A stretch of DNA of 64,000 bases, from the NCBI RefSeq assembly GCF_031769215.1, contig NW_026782437.1, forward strand, positions 248,001-312,000, read 5' to 3'. How positions within the stretch are numbered: position 1 is the first letter of the stretch; every line of letters begins with the position of its first letter. Made by a program: the position numbers and the translations under genes. The notes beneath the pieces were generated by a model. It was not told where the DNA came from, made no database searches, and saw only the letters and a program-made list of their open reading frames with translations. Shown here in pieces: positions 34,901 through 45,114 of the stretch. This DNA is from Ylistrum balloti. Taxonomy: Eukaryota.

Positions 34901-37900
34901 CAAGGATTTGGTTTTCAGCTGTTCATAAATTTCAATCTTTATAGGGTCGACCGATTTGCCCGCCAAACAACCAATCAGCATCCAACAGTCAGGTCACCCA
35001 GCCAATCAGTATCAACACGTCCTATGGTCAGACAGAGAATGGGTCTACTTCTGGAAGCAGTGCGGCAGCCACATCAGGACACATACGTTTTACCATAGGA
35101 AGGCCTTCCCATCCCTCCCCCTCAAATATAACATACAGCAAGGTAGGTAATGCCGGTGGTAAGACGGGCCCTGTGTTAATCTCCAGTACTGCTGGAGCAG
35201 GGATCACTCTGGAGCAACAGGAGACATTGGAAATCATAAACATACTATATCCCCTACATTATTTATATGCAAGTGTGTTTTGATTTGGCAGAAAACTGCA
35301 TCTAGTACCTTACTGTATAGAGTTAAGGCTCTTTTGCATCACTAATCCAAGACATATTTTTCATAAAACTTATAATTATAATATACTTGTCAGGACTTCT
35401 TAGGACAAAAGAGTTACACTCATCACCTGTCCACTATAAATAGGGTTATTGTCCTTAACTAACTTTTTACACTGGCTGTGATGGGAGGATTGCTTGTAAT
35501 ACCTAGCCCCGTTCTGTGTTACTTTGTTGATGAAATTTGGAACATTTTTATCTCAAATAATAACAATTGATGTTAGAACTTCAGTAGGTTTGTATACAAC
35601 ATTGAGATAGTAATACCTGTAACCCTGGTAAAATACTAGTAATATACCACTCGGCTAGAGAGAACTTCTCTTTAGCTCGATTGGTTGAGCGTCAGACTAG
35701 TAAGCCAGGGGTCCCGGTTCGATTCCTAGCGGAGGGATTGAGATGAAAAATAACCTCTGTTACATACCTGCAACCTTTGGTAAACATGTTTCATTAAACA
35801 ACTGCCTCTGATCTTCTGTTCTGTTCATGTTAATTTCATTCTTTCCTACGTGAGCTAATTTTGTAAAGTTTTAGCAGTTTTAAAACTGTCCTATTACTGC
35901 ATTTGCTTCCATCTGATTTGTAGCTACAATCTACACGATGTCGATTTAACCGGGAAAAAGAGGGAGGCCTTGGAAGTCCAGCTCTACGAAACCGAGGCAA
36001 CGTCGGCAAAGCAACTGGGGAATTTGAGAATAGTTTGGATAAGATTGTGACAGAATATTTGCGGAAACAACATGCCTTATGTCGAAACCCTGTCTCTACT
36101 TGTCCCCAGATGTCCTTATTTCAGTAAGTTTAGTCATCAATTGATTCAATGTGTAGCATTCTGTTCCCTCATATATTCAAGCTGTTTCCAGTATGTAACT
36201 GTACTAAATTTGGCAAGGTTATTAGGAACAAAATCTTACATCAAAATTTCATGGAAAATTTTTATTTCAGTTTTGTCACTATTAAGCTTCAATATATTAT
36301 ATTTTCATGTCTTTTCTAAGATAAGATATAATTCTAGACCAGAAAAAATTAATCTTGTTTTTCAAAAAGAAAATAAAAAAAACCCTTTGAATATCTTCTT
36401 TGGTGTGCATTCAAGCTCTGTAGAAATTCACTGTCGATTTCCAATAAGTATGCTCAGTTATGAATGCTGTATATTTGTTACTATAGGCCACACAGATGTC
36501 CAGAACCACGAGGGAAGAGGAGTGCGCCAGCCAATTTCACTTCTCGATACTTCAACAGCCAGGTAGGATTTTATAAAACACATTTCTCTATTGCCTACTG
36601 ATATGAAGTAAATCTTTATAACATCCAGCTATATTTAGTAAATAATTATTTTCTAGTGTCAAGCTGATTTGGAATTTATTTCAAAGCATCCACTAATGAA
36701 GTTAAACTCATAGCAAACTAATAGGTGTATGGTTGTTGGATTAGCTAATATTTCAATAAATTTTCTCCTGTCACACAAATCAGATGTTTGGATTTAATGT
36801 AACAATGATTTACATGAATATTCACACAGAAATATAATTGTCCTTGTTCAGAGGCATTCGAAAACACAGTTAGCATAAGACAAATAAATGCTCTGTATTC
36901 AATATAAAATTATTGAAGCAACTGGGAAAATGAAAGAATTTAACTCTGGTTTCATTATTCTCCAGTGATTTATCGAACACATGTTGACCCAAGTTTTCAT
37001 CACCACCTTGTGTCATTGATTTAGGATATAACTAGACATAATCTTTACAGTGTTATTTATAATTGTGTATTCATTAAGGTTATCATAGTAAACTTGTTAT
37101 TAGTGAATGATGACACACCACATATCTGTATTGGTAAAGTAATCTATACCATTTTAACATTACCAGTACATGCTATGTAGAGCAGCAACACTTTAATTGT
37201 TCCATTTAATAGCACAGTATTCCATACAATAGAGTTATCAGGGGACACATGTGAAATTGGTGTTGAACAGCACAAAGGGGGAGGGGGGAGGTTAGTAAGA
37301 GAGTTATCACTATTGAATACAGGAAATCGATAATGGGGGTCATACTAGAAGGAGCAGAAAATTGAAAACAGACTGAGTTTAAAATTTCAAAAGGGCTAAA
37401 CATATTTGCATATGATTTACTGTAGTCAGCTTTTTCCCAAAATCAGCTGATTAATTGAATCGTGTTCATTAATCTCCCAGGACCAATCAAATATATTGTT
37501 TACTTGAAAATTGCAATTGATAGATGGTGTACCATTTGGGTCTATTGGCAGACCTGCGGCCATACCTTTATTAGTAAAGCTGTGCCCATAAATTCGTACA
37601 AAGTGTTTGTTACGGGTGCATGTAATGATAATAGAGGTTGTAATTTGACACAACTTTTGTAATGCCGTTATTTATTCTGAAATGGAAACTTCTCGTATTT
37701 TCAGATACAGCCAAGATTTGGGGGATTAGAAGGTGCTAGTGCAAATCATAAATTCATCTACAGCAGGTACAGATTTTGAAGTTTCGTTAGATGAATCAAT
37801 CCTTTACATATTGGTATATATTTCTGTGTTTTCCCAGGGAAATATTTACACCTGTAAAACCACTGTTCTGCATATTGTTCACAATGTCCATCTATCTGAT

Positions 37901-40900
37901 ATGTTTTTTTTTCATATCTAAATAATGTTTGAAATAAATTCCTTCCATCTTTTTCAATATTTTCCTTGTTTTCATTATCAAATTTATTATTGCTGGATTT
38001 CATTTTGATATTTACTTCAACTTCTTGTTATGAAAAAAAAATTACATGTTACTAAAGCTGATATTGTTGTTTGAGACTGAAAGTGTGATATTGATTTTTC
38101 ACATACAATCTTTCCTTTTGAACAGATTCCGACCCATAAAAACTTTTAAAGATGGTGAAGATAATTTAGGCTTCACCTGTTGTGCTTTTTTGGTAAGTAA
38201 ATATTGTGAGTTCATGAAAAATTGCCATATCATACCAGGCTTTTATGCTGTCCCTTCCCCCTCCGCCGAAACAAATCAGAAATGAGAAATTTTCTATTTT
38301 TGTTACTTATCTGTATGGACTACCATGGAGTTATTTTCTTGAATTTTTACAGCCAACACAACAGCATTTGATATTGGGTACCTACACTGGAGATCTCAAG
38401 TTATTCAACGTGGTGTCTGATGAGGTACGTGATTGTCAGTATTTGGCACGATATGGTAACATGTATTTTCAGAATTACAAACAGATTTTCTTTTGGTAGA
38501 CTCGGAACACATTTTGTAACTTGCATCATCTTTTTTTTACTGCTCTACCATAATATTTGTTTGTGTTATGTACGTGTGCGAAATGCTGTTTGTGAAAACA
38601 ATTTATTTGACAAAAACAGTGTGATTAAAGATTCAAAAATTAAAATAAAAATCATATATTGATAGTGTTTTTGCTGTTTTGAACAATTTTTGTTGTGTTG
38701 TAAGATGTAACCAGAATTAACTATGAATATATTTCAGGAGCCAGTCAGTTTTAGTGCTCACATGTCACCTATAACCAACTGCCAACCCTCAAGAGTAAGT
38801 CATTACAGCACTGATTAATGAAGGTTAACCTTCTGGAACACCTGGTCGTAACGTTGTCATTTTTAACGGTTCTCTGTGTAAATTTTTCCCGGAATTTTAA
38901 CTTGTTGGTATGATCTTGTTTTGATAAAACTTTTTATGATTGTCCTGTAAAAGCGTCCTCCAACTTATTGCCCTGTAATTATCCCACCATAAAACTTATT
39001 GTCCTGTAATAGCCCACCACAAAACTTATTCTGTGATAAGCCCATCACAAATTTGAGTCAGAGTTGATCTATTGCAGGTTATATACAGTAAGATCTGTCA
39101 CATGACTTTTTTTTATTTTGTCTTCAGGATGGGAAACTGATCTTGACTTCTTTTGAGGTGGAGTGGGAAAGCATGCATGGTTCATGTCTGTGGAGCTATG
39201 GGGATATCCTTGACAGCAAGTAGGTCACTGTGAGGCATGCTGGGTAAAAATATTACTGGTAGTCTGTAATACACAGATTTGGATGAAAATTCAGTGGTTA
39301 GAAAAGATTTGTAAATATGGTGAAATATGATGTGTAGGGTCAGCTTTAGCTATGTGGGGTTCATTAAATTGGCAAAGGTTGGTTTTTTCTGTTGGTTGTT
39401 GATTTGATGCAGTTTAGTTTGATATTGGGTGGAGGCAGAGAGGGCTTGGTGTAGGGGTGGATTTGTGGTGTGGAGGCTGAAAGAGAGGTGGTGTGAGACT
39501 GAAAGGGGGGTGTGGATTTGTGGTGTGGAGGCTGAGAGGGGTTGAGTGTAGGGGTGGATTTGTGGTGTGGAGGCAGAGAGGGCTTGGTGTAGGGGTGGAT
39601 TTGTGGTGTGGAGGCTGAAAGGGGTTGAGTGTAGGGGTGGATTTGTGGTGTGGAGACTGAAAGGGGTTGAGTGTAGGACAAATTTGTGGTGTGGAGGCTG
39701 AAAGGGGTTGAGTGTAGGACAAATTTGTGGTGTGGAGACTGAAAGGGGTTGAGTGTAGAGAAGGGGTGGATTTGTGGTGAAGGAGGCAGAGAGGGCTTGG
39801 TGTGGGACAGAGGGTTTGTGGTGTGGAGGCTGAAAGGTTGAGTGTAGGGGTGGATTTGTGGTGAAGAGAGGCAGAGAGGGCTTGGTGAAGGGGTGGATTT
39901 GTGGTGAAGAGGCAGAGAAGGGGTTGAGTGTAGGGACAGATTTGTGGTGTGGAGGCTGAAAGGACAGATTTGTGGTGAAGAGACAGAGAAGGTTGAGTGA
40001 GGGACAGATTTGTGGTGAAGAGACAGAGAAGGTTGAGTGAGGGACAGATTTGTGGTGGAGAGACAGAGAAGGTTGAGTAAGGGACAGATTTGTGGTGAAG
40101 AGGCAGAGAAGGTTGAGTGAGGGACAGATTTGTGGTGAAGAGGCAGAGAAGGTTGAGTGAGGGACAGATTTGTGGTGAAGAGGCAGAGAAGGTTGAGTGA
40201 GGGACAGATTTGTGGTGAAGAGACAGAGAAGGTTGAGTGAGGGACAGATTTGTGGTGAAGAGGCAGAGAAGGTTGAGTGAGGGACAGATTTGTGGTGAAG
40301 AGACAGAGAAGGTTGAGTGAGGGACAGATTTGTGGTGAAGAGACAGAGAAGGTTGAGTGAGGGACAGATTTGTGGTGAAGAGACAGAGAGGGTTGAGTGA
40401 GGGACAGATTTGTGGTGAAGAGACAGAGAAGGTTGAGTGAGGGACAGATTTGTGGTGAAGAGACAGAGAAGGTTGAGTGAGGGACAGATTTGTGGTGAAG
40501 AGACAGAGAAGGTTGAGTGAGGGACAGATTTGTGGTGAAGAGACAGAGAAGGTTGAGATAGATCTTGGTTTTGATTTTGTGTTATGGAGGTTGATTTGAA
40601 GCTTTTTGTTGCAGATATTCATTTGAAGATAACTATGTAGAGTTCAGTAAACACATCGAAGACAGAATTATTGGCACCAGGGACGACACAGCACATGTAA
40701 GTCAAAAATCACATTCATAACAACAACAGTGGAGAGGACAATATGTTAGCATACTCATTGAATGGTGTAGACATTTTCTCTTTGGCAAGTCCTAAAAATC
40801 AAGAAGTTGCGAGTGCAAGAGGTAAAATTATGATGATGAACTTGCTCAGATAAAAAATTATTACCTTGATCTGGTTTGAATATCAAGTCTGACTGACTTG

Positions 40901-43900
40901 ACATGGAATTTTGTGTTAGATTTAAATCATGTACACAGAATCAGAGTGAAATTCCATTTAAACCTACAGAGGGCCTTGGTTGTGTTCCTCTTATGACACC
41001 TCATTCTGTCCATAGGAAAGTTGTCCAAGTCTGCTTAGCTTGCCCCACACATGTGAAAATGGCATTTTCAGATACAAAAATAAAGAAATCCTGACTATGA
41101 GTTTTGAAATCTTTTCACATTAAGAATGTTATTTTCCACTCAGGTTTACCTTTAAGTGTAAATCTGTAGTAAGTACTAGCCCTGTATAACAATGATGAAA
41201 ATGACCTTTAACCCTTCAGATTTTATTTAATTATCATGACCTTGTTAAGTTGCCTGTTATAAATCTTTTTTCGACAGCCTATGCTGTTTTTGGATCTCGT
41301 TAAAATTATATAATTACCTCAACCTCATTTCCACAGATTTATGATGTGACCACAGGCCGTCAGCTGCTGAAACTGTACGACTCCAACAAGGCCAACAACT
41401 ACCAGCTAAATAGGGCGACCTTTAACCCAACTGATGACATGGTGCTCAATGATGGAGTATTATGGGATGTGCGATCAGGGAAGTCCATTCACAAATTTGA
41501 CAAATTTAACCAGTTTGTGAGTGGAGTGTTCCATCCGATGGGATTAGAAATCATCATCAACTCCGAAGTTGTATCCTTTATTAGCTGTTCTTGGTTAAAA
41601 TTTAAACGTGTGCACACATTTTGACACTGACATTTTGACACTGAGTAAATACTTGTTCTCTATCTGATACGGAATTTCATCTATTTTAGTTTTAACACAT
41701 CCTGTATTTTATATTAAAACTAACAAGAGCATTCCTGTCCTATCCCCAAGAAGGACATTAGAATTCATATTCTAAAACCTTAAGACTAACAATGATTACA
41801 CCAGTGTGTGTTAAACTGTGGCTAAAATGTTAGAAGACCAGTCAGGAAACTTTCAAAAAGCATGTTATTGTTGAGGGAGTCTTTTTTCGACTACTTTAGA
41901 GAAGGCATAAAAAAAAATCCAGAAAGATAAATATTTATTAAAAATCATAATTTCCTGACTTTTGGTAATAAAAAATTCAGTGTGTTTCAAGCTTCTGGCA
42001 GAACTGCAAAAAATTTATATTAGATGAAATTTTGTTTTTCTGTCCAGATTTTACTTGAAATTGATAAAAGATGTTAGCTAGCAGGAAGGAGTAAATCAGT
42101 TGATGGAGGATTTTATAGTTTTGCAGAATTTATCCTTGACCGTTGTTTTAGTGGGATATCAGGACCTATCACTTACTACACACTGTTCCCTCCCTCGACC
42201 AGTGTCAGATCCACTTCAATCATAATGGCAACATTATGTATGGTGAGTTATATATACAGTGTCATCATGTACAGTTAATTATTAGATACTGCGGCGTCTG
42301 GCATCTGTCAACTTTTACCATACAATGCAACTTTCCTGAAAGACTGAACAAATTTTAATCAAATTTGGTCAGAAGCATCCTTGGGGAAAGTAAGAGAAGT
42401 ATATAATTAAGTGCAGTTTAGATTTGTGACATTCAAACAGTGATATAACAGGTAAAGAAAAGAAAACCATTGAATTTAAAAAGTTTATAACAAATGAAGA
42501 ATTTATGATGAAGGAACATAAAAGAATTAGATATGTTTTGTGAAAGAGACAATGTTATCTATCTAATTCATGATTTTCTGGTACAGCTATTCAAATTGAT
42601 CAAGAACCTGATGCAGCGGAGGAGAAAGTGAGGAGTCCATATGGATCAACATTTCGAACTTTTGATTCCAAGGACTACAGCTCTATAGGTAACTAATAAA
42701 CCTCAGGAAAAATCTATTAATCAGATCGAAAGATATACAAAAAATGTCAATCTCATCTCAGAAGAATTTTCTTATCTGAGACAATTGAAAAAGGTATTTC
42801 TGATAAACTTGAAACCTTGGCTTTTAACCAAATACAAAAAAACATACGGAGATTTTTCTCAAGACTTAGATGTTCCCTTCAAATGTTTCCCGATAAGTTA
42901 TTTAGCTACAGCTGAACCTTGTTATCTAGAACTCAGAGAATTCATGGGGAGACTTCAAGATAACCGAGTAATCGATGGAAGTGAGTTCAAATGTTTTGTG
43001 TAAAGTAAGGAAGGGACCGAGAAATGTTTTGAATTAAAAAGGGGTCTTCAGGTTATACAAAGTTTGACTGTATACATTTATTCTTTAATATCCAGAGGTG
43101 ATTTAGGAGATATTGAAGCTAATGTATGATTACAGTCTCAATTTGATATCTACCCTTAGTTACATTGATATCACCCATTACTTTTCCACAGCTACTATTG
43201 ATGTCAAATCCGGCAGCATCGCGGATTTGTGCTGTGACAAAGCAGATTGCTTCCTGGCTGTTGTTGAGGTATGTCATTCTGATGTGAAAAGAAGTTAGAG
43301 GATAGTCTTTCTTTTTTATAGAAATACTCATTTCTGGATGGCATTTTTATCATCAAGAGTCCAAAGTTCATTGATTCCAAACCTCATAGTGCTAACACTT
43401 CACTGATATTTGAAATGAGATGTGATGTCATAGCTGTCAGTTATAAAAAGAGACCTTGTTGAAAATCACACTTTGACTAAAACAATGTATTGTAAACAGT
43501 AAAATAAAAGAAAAAGACAAAAAACATAGGAAAATAGTCCCTCCTGTGTACTACTTTGAAAATAGTCCCTCCTGTGTACTACTTTGAAAATAGTCCCTCC
43601 TGTGTACTACTTTGAAAATAGTCCTTTCTGTGTACTACTTTTCATTACCTTCTTAAAAGGTACTGATTTCCTGGCTTAGCCTGCGTGTGGCCAAAAAAAA
43701 AACTGAACATTTATAAGCAGCCGTCTTCATTATTTCGTATTTGACTTAGACTCTATTTTAAAACATGGCTGATTGCATCATGGTTTCTATAACATTATTT
43801 TTATACCACCAATTGTAATGTAGCAAGAAAGCTTTTATACCATGTGGTTTCCATGGTATCACAAATCATTTGTTTAAAATCTCATGAATTACTACAACAA

Positions 43901-45114
43901 ATGTTTAAAATCTCATGAATAACTAGACAAATATCTAACAGTGTGTCCATGAAAATATATTGTACATGAAATTGATCCATGATGCTTTTTCTGATAATTT
44001 AATACCAATTTTCGTTGGTTTGACAGGAAAATCATATATAGGGCTTAGATCTGCATCATAACTGTATACATAGTGACCTTAGCCAATTGTAGAAAACTGT
44101 TAAATCAATGAACAGTGCTCTGTCGTAATCTTGTAGTAATTCTGTGTCTCTTTACTCTGTATCACAGAACCAGGACTTCACCGATGAGACAGCAACAAAA
44201 GAGAGCGTGTGCAAGCTGTACGAAATTGGTAAATTACGTGATGCAGAAGACGACCAGCCAGAGGAGGAGGAAGACGATGGGATGGAGGAAGATGACGATG
44301 ATGATGAAGATGATATCCTAAATATGGACGATTCTCTGGATGATTCCAATGACTCTTTTGATGGTGAAGGAGATGGTATGATAATTAATTGCACTAATAT
44401 GTTATTTAGAGGATTCATGTTGTTTGTGATTTCCCCACAAACATAAGACTTAGATTTCATCCCTCCATAAACTGATGTTTAGATTTGGCCTGCATCTGAG
44501 AATCCGTAAGTCCACCATTCATGATCTTACAACTGAAGTGCCCCAAGCAGATTTGGTTTTCAAATGGTTCTGAAATTCAATATGGCTGTTGGCAGCCATC
44601 TCAAATTTGATATTGACATACTTTAGGTTGAATTATTTTGAAGTTCATGATAAGACTTGAATGATGAAATGGGTAATGGATAAATATCTTGGTTTAAGGA
44701 GGGACAGTATGTAGTCATCACCGTAATTTTTCATGTGCATCCATGTGTATAAAGATTGTGTACAGGATCATTCATCAACCCCTACTCAGATTTAGTTTTT
44801 ATTCACACCATAACATCACACCATCAAGTTGTACATCAGATTAGTTTTTGAAAGCCATTTGTCAAGGTTTGAGGTCAAAGGTCATATTCGACCTCTGTCT
44901 AAATAAAAACATTTGTGTACAAGATATTGCATGAACCCCTCAACAGATTGATTTCTTATTTATATTTCACAATGTTGGGTTTTCTTTTGCAGATGATGAT
45001 GGTGATGATAATGGTGAAAATGATGACGATGATGATGATGATGAAGATATTTCAATATCAGATGTTGATGACGAGGATGATCTTGACGATGATATTCTCT
45101 TTCAGTTAGTGTGA
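19815..45114 (+). CDS. DCAF1: DDB1- and CUL4-associated factor 1 (VprBP), complete, 36 coding exons, 1585 aa
   Basis: Exon lengths sum to 4758 nt with all phases consistent. Motifs match human DCAF1 as recalled: [53 protein letters not shown], LisH-like [17 protein letters not shown]40 [30 protein letters not shown], acidic tail ending DDDILFQLV*. Confidence 0.97.
20869..20945 (+). CDS. DCAF1: DCAF1 exon 2
   Basis: [25 protein letters not shown]. Confidence 0.94.
21164..21237 (+). CDS. DCAF1: DCAF1 exon 3
   Basis: [24 protein letters not shown]. Confidence 0.94.
21523..21642 (+). CDS. DCAF1: DCAF1 exon 4
   Basis: [40 protein letters not shown]. Confidence 0.92.
21600..21950 (+). repeat. 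Degenerate 90-95 bp duplications of the DCAF1 exon 4 3' end plus donor
   Basis: (c/a)aggaa(ac/gt/at)g|gtaagt at 21643, 21733, 21828 and 21923. Confidence 0.85.
22518..22661 (+). CDS. DCAF1: DCAF1 exon 5
   Basis: [48 protein letters not shown]. Confidence 0.93.
23089..23797 (+). CDS. DCAF1: DCAF1 exon 6 (large low-complexity exon)
   Basis: [12 protein letters not shown]...REDSV; G|gtaaac phase 1 fits the next exon. Confidence 0.85.
24340..24473 (+). CDS. DCAF1: DCAF1 exon 7
   Basis: [44 protein letters not shown]. Confidence 0.94.
24471..24910 (+). repeat. About 70-bp G-rich array whose first copy is the DCAF1 exon 7 donor
   Basis: gag|gtaagttataagtcacttcagaaaag recurs as gag|gtaggttaaaagtcacttcagaaaag at 24528, 24598 and 24668; degenerate copy at 24839. 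Confidence 0.88.
24988..25089 (+). CDS. DCAF1: DCAF1 exon 8
   Basis: [34 protein letters not shown]. Confidence 0.93.
25221..25412 (+). repeat. 44-bp x4 array spanning the DCAF1 exon 9 acceptor
   Basis: tatctagccacactgacagatgatgtttgggtaattttaaacag; AG ends at 25264, 25308, 25352 and 25396. Confidence 0.93.
25397..25555 (+). CDS. DCAF1: DCAF1 exon 9
   Basis: [53 protein letters not shown]. Confidence 0.93.
26163..26203 (+). CDS. DCAF1: DCAF1 exon 10
   Basis: [14 protein letters not shown]. Confidence 0.88.
26659..26797 (+). CDS. DCAF1: DCAF1 exon 11
   Basis: [46 protein letters not shown]. Confidence 0.94.
27117..27326 (+). CDS. DCAF1: DCAF1 exon 12
   Basis: [51 protein letters not shown]. 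Confidence 0.92.
27800..27969 (+). CDS. DCAF1: DCAF1 exon 13
   Basis: [57 protein letters not shown]. Confidence 0.92.
28242..28361 (+). CDS. DCAF1: DCAF1 exon 14
   Basis: [40 protein letters not shown]; weak donor AG|gtctgt but phase fits. Confidence 0.85.
28595..29100 (+). repeat. About 75-bp intronic minisatellite, 7 copies
   Basis: tgtgccctcatatcctttctggaataatgctgtaatgtgctctcttatatagcacaaaatgaat(t)n; length varies in the T-run. Confidence 0.93.
29355..29457 (+). CDS. DCAF1: DCAF1 exon 15
   Basis: [34 protein letters not shown]|gtgagt. Confidence 0.9.
29401..30530 (+). repeat. 75-bp array of the DCAF1 exon 15 3' half plus donor; about 6 good copies then degenerate
   Basis: Units start gtacag at 29401, 29476, 29551, 29626, 29701 and 29776; each encodes [19 protein letters not shown]+VSIYTK or a close variant. 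Confidence 0.95.
30766..30885 (+). CDS. DCAF1: DCAF1 exon 16
   Basis: [40 protein letters not shown]. Confidence 0.92.
31418..31489 (+). CDS. DCAF1: DCAF1 exon 17
   Basis: [24 protein letters not shown]. Confidence 0.94.
31860..31941 (+). CDS. DCAF1: DCAF1 exon 18
   Basis: [27 protein letters not shown]. Confidence 0.94.
32170..32600 (+). repeat. 76-bp intronic minisatellite, about 5 copies
   Basis: atgtacattaccaataatgtgttgtaacatgactttgttgagattct.. at 32205, 32281, 32357, 32433 and 32509. Confidence 0.92.
33007..33146 (+). CDS. DCAF1: DCAF1 exon 19
   Basis: [46 protein letters not shown]. Confidence 0.94.
33505..33586 (+). CDS. DCAF1: DCAF1 exon 20 (LisH start)
   Basis: [27 protein letters not shown]. 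Confidence 0.93.
33629..33788 (-). mobile_element. 5'-truncated SINE copy, same family as 61297-61580
   Basis: Reverse complement ctgtgc..tgtgtctttgggcaagaaactt..tctgaat..ggcct..tgaggta..accagct..caaaatgacc aligns by eye with 61428-61545. Confidence 0.7.
34422..34543 (+). CDS. DCAF1: DCAF1 exon 21
   Basis: [40 protein letters not shown]. Confidence 0.9.
34945..35142 (+). CDS. DCAF1: DCAF1 exon 22 (low-complexity linker)
   Basis: [38 protein letters not shown]|gtaggt. Confidence 0.8.
35666..35737 (+). pseudogene. tRNA-Thr(AGT)-like sequence; SINE head or tRNA pseudogene
   Basis: A box tagctcgattgg, anticodon-loop-like ctagtaa, B box ggttcgattcc; anticodon and T stems do not pair. Confidence 0.6.
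35924..36123 (+). CDS. DCAF1: DCAF1 exon 23
   Basis: [42 protein letters not shown]. Confidence 0.92.
36487..36562 (+). CDS. DCAF1: DCAF1 exon 24
   Basis: [25 protein letters not shown]. Confidence 0.92.
37705..37766 (+). CDS. DCAF1: DCAF1 exon 25
   Basis: [21 protein letters not shown]; donor CAG|gtacag. Confidence 0.9.
38126..38192 (+). CDS. DCAF1: DCAF1 exon 26
   Basis: [22 protein letters not shown]. Confidence 0.93.
38353..38424 (+). CDS. DCAF1: DCAF1 exon 27
   Basis: [24 protein letters not shown]. Confidence 0.92.
38738..38794 (+). CDS. DCAF1: DCAF1 exon 28
   Basis: [19 protein letters not shown]. Confidence 0.9.
39128..39219 (+). CDS. DCAF1: DCAF1 exon 29
   Basis: [31 protein letters not shown]. 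Confidence 0.9.
39430..40560 (+). repeat. G-rich 40-42 bp intronic minisatellite, about 27 copies
   Basis: Heterogeneous ggggtggatttgtggtgtggagg.. units, then about 15 near-identical gggacagatttgtggtgaagagacagagaaggttgagtga units. Confidence 0.96.
40615..40696 (+). CDS. DCAF1: DCAF1 exon 30
   Basis: [27 protein letters not shown]. Confidence 0.93.
41337..41570 (+). CDS. DCAF1: DCAF1 exon 31 (WD40)
   Basis: [78 protein letters not shown]. Confidence 0.95.
41571..42151 (+). other. U12-type (minor spliceosome) GT-AG intron
   Basis: 5' site GTATCCTTTA matches RTATCCTTT; branch motif TCCTTGAC at 42133-42140, 11 nt before the AG; no polypyrimidine tract. Confidence 0.88.
42152..42242 (+). CDS. 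DCAF1: DCAF1 exon 32
   Basis: [30 protein letters not shown]. Confidence 0.94.
42587..42688 (+). CDS. DCAF1: DCAF1 exon 33
   Basis: [33 protein letters not shown]. Confidence 0.93.
43192..43268 (+). CDS. DCAF1: DCAF1 exon 34
   Basis: [25 protein letters not shown]. Confidence 0.93.
43531..43640 (+). repeat. 28-bp x4 tandem repeat
   Basis: aaaatagtccctcctgtgtactactttg at 43531, 43559, 43587 and 43615. Confidence 0.9.
44168..44375 (+). CDS. DCAF1: DCAF1 exon 35 (acidic tail)
   Basis: [41 protein letters not shown]. Confidence 0.92.
44993..45114 (+). CDS. DCAF1: DCAF1 exon 36 (last coding exon)
   Basis: ttgcag|; [39 protein letters not shown]. Confidence 0.9.

Noticed and set aside
35666-35737. 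Functional tRNA-Thr gene
   Set aside because: Anticodon and T stems are mismatched and the acceptor stem is mostly G-U; recorded as pseudogene or SINE head.
39364-40622. 402-aa minus-strand ORF
   Set aside because: Antisense translation of the 40-bp intronic repeat.
22683-43550. Shared 13-mer gtccctcctgtgt at 22683 and in the 28-bp repeat at 43531
   Set aside because: Too short to distinguish from chance or a decayed dispersed repeat.
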